Origin: Saprospiraceae bacterium
Lineage (GTDB): Bacteria > Bacteroidota > Bacteroidia > Chitinophagales > Saprospiraceae
NCBI GenBank assembly: GCA_019694295.1
Contig: JAIBCG010000005.1
Span: 5,080 to 69,079, forward strand
Length of the DNA: 64,000 nucleotides
Direction: 5' to 3'
Part shown: piece after piece, positions 54,593-64,000 of the stretch
Position numbering within the stretch: the stretch's first letter is position 1
How the letters are laid out: every line of letters begins with the position of its first letter
Position numbers and translations under genes: made by a program
Notes under the pieces: model-generated
Told to the model about the DNA's origin: nothing
Database searches by the model: none
Seen by the model: only the letters and a program-made list of their open reading frames with translations

Positions 54593-57500
54593 TTACTTCT
54601 TCTTGAAAGGATCGTACTTTTTCAGCTTATCTTTGGCTTTCTCTATTTCGGACTTTGCTTTGTCACCGACCTTGTCGCCAACTTTATCACTAACTTCCTT
54701 CCCGATTTTATTTTGTAGTTCTTCTTGTGCTTTTCTGATAGCTTCATCAGCTTTTTGGTTGGCCACCTTTGCCAGCGAATCGGCCATTCGGTCTGCCTCT
54801 GCTTTGGCTTTATCCTTTACTTTCTGTACTTCTTGTTGTGCCCTGCGGTTTATTGAATCTTTGACATTGGTTATGGCCGAACCCACCGTTTCTGAAACCT
54901 GATTTTTGACCGAAGCTCCTTCAGTACCGAGAATTTTAAAGTTTAACTTTGGTGACAACATGCTTCCACCGATTCCAATCAGTACATTTACAAATTCTCC
55001 GGCTGAGATATTTACTCCGTATTTTGAAGCTTCCTTACTCAGAAAACCAATGCCTGAATATGCTGCGGCACCTACTGTATTACTCTCAAGCATCTTTCTT
55101 GGTATTTTGGCCTTAATTTTATAGTCCATATCTTGGTTTAGGCCGTGTTTTCCACCTATTTGCATGGCAATATTCTTAAAGCTATAATCAAAATCTTTTA
55201 CCTCAACAGCACCGTTCTTGATTGTTATCCAGTTTTTAGTGTTTCTCAGTTCGAAGTTATTAAATTCCTTAATGTTAAGTTTGTTGCCTACATCATTCAA
55301 TGGTTTGAAATTCTTGATAACTCCACTCAGTGTTTCAAGGAATCCATCTGCCTGTAAAGTATTCAAATCCGGACTCATGTCTTTTGTGAGACTACCCGAC
55401 ATGCTCAGTTCTGTATTGAAAGCACCTGTAATATACTGTGCAATGGGTGCGAGTTTTTTTATGGTGTTGAAGGTGTTGAAAGCATCTGTAAATCCGATTT
55501 TTTCAAGGCCGAGCTTGATGTCAAATCCTGGTTTAGATGAATCTTTGCTGTTATATCCTCCGGAAATGTTCACCTTACCACCAAGTGTGTTGGCAGTACC
55601 ACCGATTATTTTTACTGCCTGGTCAGCAACCAGCAATGTGCCACTCACATTGTTAAGTGTCATATTGGTGTAGCTGAGTTTGCCGATATCGGTCTTGATG
55701 TTCATCTGAATGTTGGCCGGAATGATAAGTGGCTCAGTGGCAGTGGTTGTTTTTGCTTTCGGGTCGGCCTGCATAAACTGGTTCATATCAAGATTGTGTG
55801 AGCTGAAGACGATATCACCACCGAGATTCTGATTTTTGAATAACCAGTTGAAAATATTATTTACACTTCCGCTCGCACTAAAATCACTTTGACCCATTAC
55901 AAACGATAGTTTTCTAAGCTGAAGTTTATTGGGTGTCATCCATCCATCAGTAATAATATTATTGAGTTCATATTCATTGAACAAAAGTTTGCCAATGTTG
56001 GCATTTAGAGCAAAATCGAACCTGTCGAAGACTTCCTGATTCGCTTTGCTTCCATCCGGTTCTTTACCTGCGTTTGTTGTCTTGTCTGCCTTCTCCATTG
56101 CTTTGAGCCATTCATTAGCATTAAAAAATGTACTCTTTAGGTTGAAGTCGCCTTTCATGGTAAGCTTAGGTGAAAAATATGCCATGAAGTTGTCTATCTT
56201 GCCCGAAGCCTGTACATCGCTGTTACCCAACTTGCCGCTCAGGTTGCTTATGCTGATGTTTTGTGGCGAAAATCCAATATTTGCCCGGTCAATTTTTACA
56301 GGTGGATAAGGAGAGTAAAGCACTGTAAATCCTTTAGCTATTACATTTCCCGAAACATTTACTTTCTCATATCTCTTTTGTTCAATATCAGAATTCCTTG
56401 CCTTTACTTTTACATCAGTGACGAGTATTCCTTTCAAGCCATTAATGTCTTTCATCGGAAAAGCCTGGGCGAGGTCTGCCAGGTTCAGGGTGCCTTTGAA
56501 TTTTGCATCAATATCAGGGTCAGACACCGGTGTCTTAAGCAAAAGTGCCAGTTCAAAAGGATTGCTGTCAATCGTTAGATTAAGCGGATTAATATTCACC
56601 ACTGTCTGATCGGGTTGGTCGCCTTTATTTATGAGGCTGATACTGGTATTGATGTTTTTTATAGACTTTGGCAATGTTGGATATTTCACCATTGCATTGG
56701 CTACTTTGATGTTTATATCAAATGAAGGTATGCTGGTGTCACTTAGTTTGCCTTTGATGCTGCCATCAAATCTAAAACTACCTTCTGTTTTAACATCCTT
56801 GAAATCGCTGGTGTACGCACCCGGTATCAGGCTAAGAAAATTCTTGAACGAATTGTTAGGCGAACTGAACTTCAGATCCATCTCCTTGTATTTTTCATTA
56901 AGCCTGACCCAGCCATCTGCCTTTAGTTCGGTGTCGTTTATTTTTAGTTTATTTTCTTTAAATGTGAATTTGTTGTTTAACATATCTGCTTTCAGCGTAG
57001 CGTCATAACTCAATGAAGCATTCTTCAAGAGTGTCATGTTGCCGTTGATTACTGTTGTACTATCTATTACTGTACTAGTGCTCAAGTCAAATAACGATGA
57101 CCCGAAATCACCTGATCCATGGTGGTTTACTCCTCTAAAATCGGTGAATATTCCGGTACTTTTGTCTTTATATACTATAGTACCGTTGTTTATTGCATAT
57201 TTTTTTAGCAAAAGTCTGAAATCATCCATTCCGCTACTCGCACTTGTATCCTTGCTGATGTTGTAGTTAGCCTTTCCGTCGGCCAGTATCTGTACGTTTA
57301 TCAATGGTCTGTCAAGTGATATGCTGCGAATGGTCATTGGCTTTTCACCTTTGATGACCGACATCAGATTGAGCCCGAGTGATAGTTGTTTGGTGGAGAA
57401 AAGCGGGACACTGGCAAATTCTTTTTTTCCGAAAATACTGATATCCTTAAACTTTACACCAAGGTAGGGGAATGTACTAATCAGAGTAAGATCTATATCA

Positions 57501-57658
57501 CCGACTGTAACAAAAGCATCGAGATTTTTATTAATATCCTCCATTACCATTGCTTTAATCTTATCTTTGTAGATGACTGGCAATATGATGGCTGCCGAGA
57601 GGAGTATTCCGAAGATGACTGATGCGATAATCAGTATTTTCTTGAGTGTTTTCTTCAT
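54593..57658 (-). CDS. AsmA-family outer-membrane biogenesis protein with Lys/Glu/Asp-rich C-terminal tail
   Basis: 1021 aa. N-terminal anchor MKKTLKKILIIASVIFGILLSAAIILPVIY. Long beta-rich body typical of AsmA/TamB-like proteins. The last ~100 aa are charged low complexity (KVKDKAKAEADRMADSLAKVANQKADEAIRKAQEELQNKIGKEVSDKVGDKVGDKAKSEIEKAKDKLKK). Confidence 0.75.
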   Translation of the reverse strand: MKKTLKKILIIASVIFGILLSAAIILPVIYKDKIKAMVMEDINKNLDAFVTVGDIDLTLISTFPYLGVKFKDISIFGKKEFASVPLFSTKQLSLGLNLMSVIKGEKPMTIRSISLDRPLINVQILADGKANYNISKDTSASSGMDDFRLLLKKYAINNGTIVYKDKSTGIFTDFRGVNHHGSGDFGSSLFDLSTSTVIDSTTVINGNMTLLKNASLSYDATLKADMLNNKFTFKENKLKINDTELKADGWVRLNEKYKEMDLKFSSPNNSFKNFLSLIPGAYTSDFKDVKTEGSFRFDGSIKGKLSDTSIPSFDINIKVANAMVKYPTLPKSIKNINTSISLINKGDQPDQTVVNINPLNLTIDSNPFELALLLKTPVSDPDIDAKFKGTLNLADLAQAFPMKDINGLKGILVTDVKVKARNSDIEQKRYEKVNVSGNVIAKGFTVLYSPYPPVKIDRANIGFSPQNISISNLSGKLGNSDVQASGKIDNFMAYFSPKLTMKGDFNLKSTFFNANEWLKAMEKADKTTNAGKEPDGSKANQEVFDRFDFALNANIGKLLFNEYELNNIITDGWMTPNKLQLRKLSFVMGQSDFSASGSVNNIFNWLFKNQNLGGDIVFSSHNLDMNQFMQADPKAKTTTATEPLIIPANIQMNIKTDIGKLSYTNMTLNNVSGTLLVADQAVKIIGGTANTLGGKVNISGGYNSKDSSKPGFDIKLGLEKIGFTDAFNTFNTIKKLAPIAQYITGAFNTELSMSGSLTKDMSPDLNTLQADGFLETLSGVIKNFKPLNDVGNKLNIKEFNNFELRNTKNWITIKNGAVEVKDFDYSFKNIAMQIGGKHGLNQDMDYKIKAKIPRKMLESNTVGAAAYSGIGFLSKEASKYGVNISAGEFVNVLIGIGGSMLSPKLNFKILGTEGASVKNQVSETVGSAITNVKDSINRRAQQEVQKVKDKAKAEADRMADSLAKVANQKADEAIRKAQEELQNKIGKEVSDKVGDKVGDKAKSEIEKAKDKLKKYDPFKKK

Positions 57659-57736
57659 GCTGTTTTATGTAATTTAAACCATAACGTATTTGAAGCAATA
57701 TTAGTTTTTGACGAAGTTTTAAAGATTTCTAAAAAT

Positions 57737-58942
57737 ATGATGAAACCTGACTCAATAAATTTTACTTGGATAGATACTGATCATAAATTAAAGGATTTTT
57801 CAAAAGACCATACTTTACAACAATGGATAGCATTTGATACCGAATTTATAGGCGAACGCCGCGACAAAACGTTGCTCTGCCTTATTCAGGTGAGCTCCGA
57901 ACTCGGTATTTTTCTGATAGATTGTATAAAAATTAATGATCTGACACCTTTTTTAAACCTGGTAATCAATCCGGATATACTCAAGATCACACATGCCGGT
58001 GAAAATGATTATAAGGTTTTGTTCGAATTGTATCGGATAATACCTGTTAATGTAGCAGATGTGCAGATAGCTGCCGGATTTGCAGGTTACAAATTTCCCG
58101 TTTCGTTAGCAGGATTGATGTCTGGCGAACTGAACCGCAAACTCGACAAATCTTATACTGTCATTGACTGGGAACAACGCCCGCTTGATGAAAGATATAT
58201 TCAGTATGCCGTTGAAGATGTGTTATTCCTTAAACAAATATACGATAGGCTACTAGCCAGAATAACAAAAGCTGGTATGGAATCCTGGATAAAACAGGAA
58301 TTCGAATTCCTGACTTTAAGGGAAACTTATGCCGGCTCACCGGAAAAAGAAGCACTGGCTGCTATCAATCTTACACAACTTAGTCAAAAAGAACGTATTC
58401 TGATGCTGCGACTATACCAATGGCGGTATGACCAAGCCGAGCTGACCGGTAAGTCAAAGGAAAAAATATTACCAAAAAAATGGATAAACATTCTGGCCAG
58501 GCAACTAAAGCACGGCAAAAAGCATCTCCTGAGCAATAGGTCAATCTCTTCAGGATTTATAGACGCACAATGGACACAACTCGAATTACTGCTCAATCAA
58601 CCAACAACTGATGACGAAAGAGAACTCGTCAAAAACGCTACCGGTGAAACGCCAACCGATCCGGTGCATGAAAGCCTGCAGGATCTGGTTATGAGTATCA
58701 TCCGTTACCAGTGTCGCCTTAAAGGTGTCGATCCTGGGCTGGTGATGCCGCCTCATATTATAAAGTTGCTTAAAAGGAAAGTGACAGATGCTTCTAAAAT
58801 ACTCGAAACTACCTGGAGAAGCGATTTGCTGGGTGATGAATTTCTTAAATGGATCGATTTTGAAAATCTACTAAGTTTTACATTTGAAGAAAATAAGATT
58901 ATTATCGAAAAAAATGATAAAAATAAGAATCTAAAACACTGA
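57737..58942 (+). CDS. rnd: ribonuclease D
   Basis: DEDD 3'-5' exonuclease motifs (AFDTEF, HAGENDYKVL, YAVEDVLFL) followed by an HRDC-like region. Confidence 0.85.
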   Translation: MMKPDSINFTWIDTDHKLKDFSKDHTLQQWIAFDTEFIGERRDKTLLCLIQVSSELGIFLIDCIKINDLTPFLNLVINPDILKITHAGENDYKVLFELYRIIPVNVADVQIAAGFAGYKFPVSLAGLMSGELNRKLDKSYTVIDWEQRPLDERYIQYAVEDVLFLKQIYDRLLARITKAGMESWIKQEFEFLTLRETYAGSPEKEALAAINLTQLSQKERILMLRLYQWRYDQAELTGKSKEKILPKKWINILARQLKHGKKHLLSNRSISSGFIDAQWTQLELLLNQPTTDDERELVKNATGETPTDPVHESLQDLVMSIIRYQCRLKGVDPGLVMPPHIIKLLKRKVTDASKILETTWRSDLLGDEFLKWIDFENLLSFTFEENKIIIEKNDKNKNLKH

Positions 58943-58994
58943 TTGTTAAGTATAAATAAATTATTGATATCACTTCATTAAAAAAAATTGATTT

Positions 58995-60563
58995 ATGAGG
59001 AAATTCATTTTGTGTGTATTTTCATTTTGTTCAATGGCTGTGATAATACAGGCACAAACGCTTAACGTAGAGTGGCAAAAATGCTTGGGAGAATCAGGCA
59101 AGGAAGAACGCCCGCTTGGGCTTACCAGGACAGATCAGAGTGTAACTGTTATGTTTGGCACTACATCTACCACTGGTGATTTTTCCGGCAATAAAGGTGA
59201 AACTGATTGGTATTACACCAAGTTTGACAGCAAACAAGTAAAGAAATATGGTAAAATCTATGGTGGATCAAAGATAGAAACACTGTCATGGATAAACGAA
59301 AATTCAGATCAGACTTTCACAGTAACAGGTATAACCAATTCTAATGACGGAAATGTTAATAATAACCATGGTGGCAATGATGCCTGGGCAATAAAACTGA
59401 CTGAAAATGGCAATATTCAATGGAGAAAATGTATAGGCGGCACAGGTGATGACCAAGGTTATTTTTCGGCCGAAACAGCTGATAAGAACTACCTTTTCCT
59501 TGGATCAACAACTTCAAAAGATGGAGACTTTACCACCAATAACGGTGGGTCTGATATTTTTATGATAAAAACAGACATCAACGGTATCTTTCAGTTTACT
59601 AAATTATATGGCGGCTCCGGAAACGAAAAACCTGTAGGCATGGTCAAATTAACGGATGGTTACATAATACTTGCAGAATCGAATTCGCCATCAATCTCAG
59701 GTGCTGCCAATGCCAACAAAGGTAAAACTGACTTCTTGCTCATAAAAACAGACTTGAATGGTAATGCAAGCTGGGCTAAATTTTTTGGCGGACCTGATGA
59801 TGACAATCCTGCACACATCACTTTACTCAGTGACGGTAATCTCCTTGTTACTGGTACTACTTCTTCCACTTCAGGTGATATTAGTGGCGCACATGGTGGT
59901 AAAGATATTTGGGTAGCTAAAATATCTTCTGAAGGGACATTGTTATGGGCAAAAAACCTTGGTGGTTCAGGTAATGATTCCGGTAAAATGGCTGTGGAAT
60001 ATTCTTATACCAATCCGGTTAAATATTTCATCATCGGAAGTACAGCATCCGCCAATGGAGGTAACATAAACGGTGCTAAAGGTGGTAGCGATATCTGGGT
60101 TGCAAGGTTATCTTCTACCGGAAATTTTGAAAACGGAAAGAACTTTGGTGGGTCAAAAGATGATTTTGCGGGATCAATAAGTGTCATGACCGATAATTCA
60201 CTGTACATTACAGGAGAATCCAACTCAACTGACGGCGATGTGGTAGGCAACAAAGGCGGGCAAGATGTCTGGATAGCCAAACTGGCAAAACCGACCGCTA
60301 CATTCGATATTCCTCAGAGCTTCGACTTAAAGGTATTTCCTAATCCTGCTGCTACTTCTATTCATGTAAAATGGGATGACCAAACTCCTGTGGAATTATT
60401 GGATATTACAAGTATAACCGGCGTGTCGATGATGCAAATCCCAGTCGATAAATCTTCCGGGTTCACTACAATAGATTTGGGCAACATTCCAAATGGTCAC
60501 TATGTGCTAACAGCGATAGCTAAGGATAAAATTTCAAGGTCAATGATAGAAATTGTTAGATAA
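58995..60563 (+). CDS. beta-propeller (SBBP-like) repeat protein with T9SS type A C-terminal domain
   Basis: Signal peptide. About nine ~48-aa repeats of the form GG(S/T)..D......T.DG...(T/L)G.T.S.DGD....(K/H)GG.D.W..K....G...W. CTD LKVFPNPAATSIHVKW...HYVLTAIAKDKISRSMIEIVR. Confidence 0.75.
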   Translation: MRKFILCVFSFCSMAVIIQAQTLNVEWQKCLGESGKEERPLGLTRTDQSVTVMFGTTSTTGDFSGNKGETDWYYTKFDSKQVKKYGKIYGGSKIETLSWINENSDQTFTVTGITNSNDGNVNNNHGGNDAWAIKLTENGNIQWRKCIGGTGDDQGYFSAETADKNYLFLGSTTSKDGDFTTNNGGSDIFMIKTDINGIFQFTKLYGGSGNEKPVGMVKLTDGYIILAESNSPSISGAANANKGKTDFLLIKTDLNGNASWAKFFGGPDDDNPAHITLLSDGNLLVTGTTSSTSGDISGAHGGKDIWVAKISSEGTLLWAKNLGGSGNDSGKMAVEYSYTNPVKYFIIGSTASANGGNINGAKGGSDIWVARLSSTGNFENGKNFGGSKDDFAGSISVMTDNSLYITGESNSTDGDVVGNKGGQDVWIAKLAKPTATFDIPQSFDLKVFPNPAATSIHVKWDDQTPVELLDITSITGVSMMQIPVDKSSGFTTIDLGNIPNGHYVLTAIAKDKISRSMIEIVR

Positions 60564-60652
60564 ATAACTTGACAATATGCAAGAAATGATATCCGCTTCT
60601 ATTTTGAAAGAATCGCCCTGCATTTAAGCTAATAGTTAGATTAACAAACAGA

Positions 60653-60689
60653 AACGGTGTTACTATTAACCAGTAACACCGTTTTTTAT
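60653..60689 (+). terminator. strong intrinsic terminator between convergent genes
   Basis: Perfect 12-bp stem AACGGTGTTACT-attaacc-AGTAACACCGTT followed by TTTTTATTT. Confidence 0.85.
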
Positions 60690-60731
60690 TTAAATATGTT
60701 GTGCAATTATTGTTGCATTAGTATTTGATTA

Positions 60732-63008
60732 TCAATGTTTAATGAACTTCATATACCGGATGGATTCTCCTTTGCATTGCAGCAAATACATTCCACTTGT
60801 CAAGCTTTGTACAGGAATGTTATTTTCAAATGTTGAGTAAAGCTTACCACCGGCTAACATTTTACCATCAAGCGTAAGGATTGTCCATTCTGTGTATTCA
60901 GTATTTCCACCAAGATTAATACTCAAATTACCAGATACAGGATTAGGGTAAAGTCTGAAAACTGTAGAATATGGTTCTTTGCCGGAAGTGAAAATATGGT
61001 TGATACTGGCAGATGCTGTTATGCAGCCGTTTTCATCTGTTACATGAACATAGTACACACCCGAACTGTCTGCTACTATAGAACTAGTATTTGCTTTCTC
61101 AATCTTATTTCCGTTATAAAACCACTGAAAGGCACTACCTGAAGCAACAGATAAAGTGTCTCCGGCAACAAGAATATTCGGAATAATAACATCATATACC
61201 TTGACTGCAGCATAATCACTAATGGTTGAACAATGCTCGTTTTCTATATAAGCGCTGTAAAGTCCGTTCAGATGTGCAGTATATGTATTCCCTTTAGCAC
61301 CTGGAATCAAAACATCGTCTTTGAACCAAACCCAATCAACTGCATCAGTCGTTGCACTTAGTGTGACAGAGTCACCCGGACAAAACTTTGCAATTTCAGG
61401 TGAAATTATTGTAGAAGGAAGAGGATATTCTTCAATTGATAGTTCATTAGAAGCTTTCTCGCACAAGCCATCAATAGCAATCTGTTGGTAAATGCCGGCT
61501 TGGTCTGCGGGGTAGCAGTCACCAGAATTGACAAGTGGGTTGCCGTTGATTGTCCAAAGCACTTTGGGTGCTGTGGTATTACTACATAGTTTTAGGACTT
61601 CACCTTTACAAAATCCTGTTGCACCATTCTCTGTCGTAAGAACCGGACTTTGAAGTTGTGAAAGCAATACCTTCACCTCAGCAGATTCTTTTACAGTCGC
61701 ATGGCTCCATGTCACAGCTTTATATACACCTGTCTCGTTAACGGTCAGCACATTACCTGATGACTGAATCATGTTTCCGTTCTTATACCAGTTGATAAAT
61801 TGGGCACCCGGAGGTACGGTCAAATCAACTGTAGATCCTGCACATATTGTGACAACACCTTGATGGTTAGTTACAGGCTCAGGTACTTCACCACTGTGAA
61901 TGCTTTCCAAGTCAATGTCAGTCAATTTTACTACAAACAATCCATGATTTAGGTCAGATAATACCAGTTTGTCTGATTCGAAAAATGGATAAACACCCCA
62001 AAGTCCATCAAACCCGGCATAATCGGTATTGTTCGGCTCGGTATCATACCATGCCACATTCTGTACATTCAGCGGGTTGCTTATATCATACACTTGTACA
62101 CCGTCATGATAATAAGAAATGATCGAATAATTGCCCCGCACATAAGGATTATGCGCTATGCTGGCTTCGTTGGCAGGTGCCAGAAGTGCTGATTTAAACA
62201 AATCAATCACCTTAATATCGCCAAGGTCCTGAATGTCAACAACTTTTACACTTGTATTATGTGTTTCATCAGCCATGACAAGATATTTATTATCCTTCGT
62301 GATCCATGAACTGTGGTTATACCCTGACTCAGGGTAATTAGTCATATTGCCAAGTAATACCGGGTTTTGCGGATTGGTAAAGTCATAAACCCAAAGTCCG
62401 TTATTGCCGTGCGAACAATAAGCTATATTGTCTTTGACGAATACGTCATGCACATAACCACCCGGTAGTGGTACACTAGCCAGCAATGTTGGGTTATCCG
62501 GATCTTTTGTCAGATCCAATACGATCATTCCTCCGTTTTGTGTATTGGTACCGGTAAGGTAGAGCCTGCCGTTTGGTTCATCGATGAATGGCATGTGTGT
62601 CCTTTTGGCAAATTCGGTCGTTTGCTTTGTTTTTACTATGGTAGGGGCATTACTACAATCGAATATAATCAGACCTTCCTCGCCCTGGTCAGCAACGGCA
62701 TAAATTCTGCTTTTATAAGACTTAAATTCGCGCCACAAAGAAACATTTCCTCCTGCAAAATGCGCTACTTCAACAGGATTTCCGTCTTGGCTGATGTCAA
62801 AAAAATGAATATATGGCGTAGAGCCGATAACGGCATATTCTTTACCATTTGGTGTTGTTATACCCCAGCAGTCTGAATATTGCCCCGCAAATACCAAGGG
62901 GAAAGTATCGGGGTCCCAATGCGATAACAATTCCATTTTTTTGGCGATCTGCGCATTGGCCACACAAATTCCGAAAATGAGAAAAATAATAATGTTTGTA
63001 ACTTTCAT
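60732..63008 (-). CDS. LVIVD-repeat (choice-of-anchor B-like) beta-propeller protein with Ig-like modules and T9SS type A C-terminal domain
   Basis: Signal peptide MKVTNIIIFLIFGICVANAQ. Repeats resembling LVIVD units (GLIIFDCSNAP, GMIVLDLTKDP, GLWVYDFTNPQNP, VKVVDIQDLG, GVQVYDISNP, GLFVVKLT). CTD FRLYPNPVSGNLSINL...GMYLLQCKGESIRYMKFIKH. Confidence 0.75.
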   Translation of the reverse strand: MKVTNIIIFLIFGICVANAQIAKKMELLSHWDPDTFPLVFAGQYSDCWGITTPNGKEYAVIGSTPYIHFFDISQDGNPVEVAHFAGGNVSLWREFKSYKSRIYAVADQGEEGLIIFDCSNAPTIVKTKQTTEFAKRTHMPFIDEPNGRLYLTGTNTQNGGMIVLDLTKDPDNPTLLASVPLPGGYVHDVFVKDNIAYCSHGNNGLWVYDFTNPQNPVLLGNMTNYPESGYNHSSWITKDNKYLVMADETHNTSVKVVDIQDLGDIKVIDLFKSALLAPANEASIAHNPYVRGNYSIISYYHDGVQVYDISNPLNVQNVAWYDTEPNNTDYAGFDGLWGVYPFFESDKLVLSDLNHGLFVVKLTDIDLESIHSGEVPEPVTNHQGVVTICAGSTVDLTVPPGAQFINWYKNGNMIQSSGNVLTVNETGVYKAVTWSHATVKESAEVKVLLSQLQSPVLTTENGATGFCKGEVLKLCSNTTAPKVLWTINGNPLVNSGDCYPADQAGIYQQIAIDGLCEKASNELSIEEYPLPSTIISPEIAKFCPGDSVTLSATTDAVDWVWFKDDVLIPGAKGNTYTAHLNGLYSAYIENEHCSTISDYAAVKVYDVIIPNILVAGDTLSVASGSAFQWFYNGNKIEKANTSSIVADSSGVYYVHVTDENGCITASASINHIFTSGKEPYSTVFRLYPNPVSGNLSINLGGNTEYTEWTILTLDGKMLAGGKLYSTFENNIPVQSLTSGMYLLQCKGESIRYMKFIKH

Positions 63009-63089
63009 TCAATATAAGCTTTTTTATGTGAAATTAATATGTGTCATAACTAACATTGTAGTTATGATAACAAAGATAAGTTTTATTTA

Positions 63090-63123
63090 TACATTTGTAA
63101 ATAGCTTCTAATGTACAAATGTA
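63090..63123. promoter_or_regulatory. perfect 10-bp inverted repeat TACATTTGTA-N14-TACAAATGTA in a divergent intergenic region
   Basis: Read directly. Each arm, read toward the centre on its own strand, contains TAcaTTTG, which fits the TAnnTTTG -7 consensus. Confidence 0.5.
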
Positions 63124-63145
63124 AATATTACTCGAATTTTGATAA

Positions 63146-64000
63146 ATGGATACCCTTCTAGACATTAATAATCTAAGCGTAAGCTTTAACAACGGACAAA
63201 GTAATGTAACGGCTGTAAAATCCATCTCATTTCAAATATACAAAGGTGAAATAGTCTGCCTGGTAGGCGAATCGGGCTCCGGAAAATCTGTAGCAGCAAA
63301 CTCGGTGATGCGTTTACTGGATGAAAGCAAAACCATGGTCATTGCAGAGAGAATGAGTTTTATGTCAAAATCAGGCGAATGCCTTGATATCCTTCAACTA
63401 CCAAAAGATAAATTGCCGGGTCTCAGAGGTCAGGAAATAGGTATGATCTTCCAGGAACCTATGACTTCTCTCAATCCGGTCATCAAATGTGGCGACCAGG
63501 TGGCCGAAGGTCTGCTTATTCATGGGCTTGAATCTACACACTCAGTCAAGGACAAGGTTCTGGAGTTATTTAAGGAAGTAGGGCTGGATGATTCAAAAAG
63601 AATATTTGACTCGTATCCTCACCAGTTATCAGGTGGACAGAAACAACGTATAATGATAGCAATGGCAATGGCTTGTAATCCTTCATTACTTATAGCAGAT
63701 GAACCAACCACAGCACTAGATGTGACAGTTCAGAAAAAAATACTGGAAGCACTAAAGGAACTGTGTCGCAATAAAGGAATGGCCATGCTTTTCATTTCGC
63801 ACGACTTGAATATCGTAAAGCAACTGGCCGACAAAATCTTGGTGATGTTCAAAGGTGAAATTGTAGAACAAGGCTCTACACTTGAGGTTTTCAACCATCC
63901 TAAACATCCGTACACAAAAGGCTTACTTAGCTGTAGACCACCACTCAAAACAAAGCTGAGAATTCTACCTACACTTTCTGATTTTATTGGAAATACCGAA
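63146..64000 (+). CDS. ABC transporter ATP-binding protein (peptide/nickel DppD/OppD-like), 3' end beyond window
   Basis: ATG at 63146 and the frame is open to the window end. Walker A GESGSGKS, signature LSGGQKQR, Walker [13 protein letters not shown] and the oligopeptide-type tail HPYTKGLL. Confidence 0.85.
   Translation, partial: MDTLLDINNLSVSFNNGQSNVTAVKSISFQIYKGEIVCLVGESGSGKSVAANSVMRLLDESKTMVIAERMSFMSKSGECLDILQLPKDKLPGLRGQEIGMIFQEPMTSLNPVIKCGDQVAEGLLIHGLESTHSVKDKVLELFKEVGLDDSKRIFDSYPHQLSGGQKQRIMIAMAMACNPSLLIADEPTTALDVTVQKKILEALKELCRNKGMAMLFISHDLNIVKQLADKILVMFKGEIVEQGSTLEVFNHPKHPYTKGLLSCRPPLKTKLRILPTLSDFIGNTE

Overview
The window looks like a chromosomal segment of a Bacteroidota genome. 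The evidence is eight proteins with T9SS C-terminal sorting domains, TAnnTTTG-type -7 promoter boxes, a tmRNA tag of the GENNxALAA type, and little sign of Shine-Dalgarno sequences.

Housekeeping genes are purL (partial), ffh, tsaC, ribA, mazG, gap, rluD, nth, fmt, rnd and a TrmH-family methyltransferase. They are interleaved with envelope genes: a TonB-dependent receptor, a BamA/TamA-like protein, an AsmA-like protein, and two giant alpha-2-macroglobulin homologues that both keep a CxEQ thioester motif. RNA genes are ssrA (tmRNA, minus strand), tRNA-Glu(UUC) and tRNA-Arg(CCU).

I saw no CRISPR array, transposase, integrase, prophage or recognisable defence system.

The most unusual features:
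- **Tandem surface-protein paralogues (15979-24354).** Two T9SS surface proteins are built from the same Cys-framed modules at very different copy numbers. One carries five in-frame 375-bp near-identical repeats and a series of 246-bp repeats. Patches of near-identity between the genes suggest gene conversion.
- **Two uncharacterised intergenic repeat families.**
  - One is a ~160-bp MITE-like element with terminal inverted repeats, present in at least four copies.
  - The other is a composite element: a short tandem array followed by a 62-nt GC-rich core. It has two copies, each upstream of a plus-strand gene. All differences between the copies fall in one small hairpin-like segment.
- **Secreted PPAD-like enzyme (9948-11702).** A Porphyromonas-type arginine/agmatine deiminase homologue is predicted to be T9SS-secreted.

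All functional calls come from motif recognition by eye. No database search was run.
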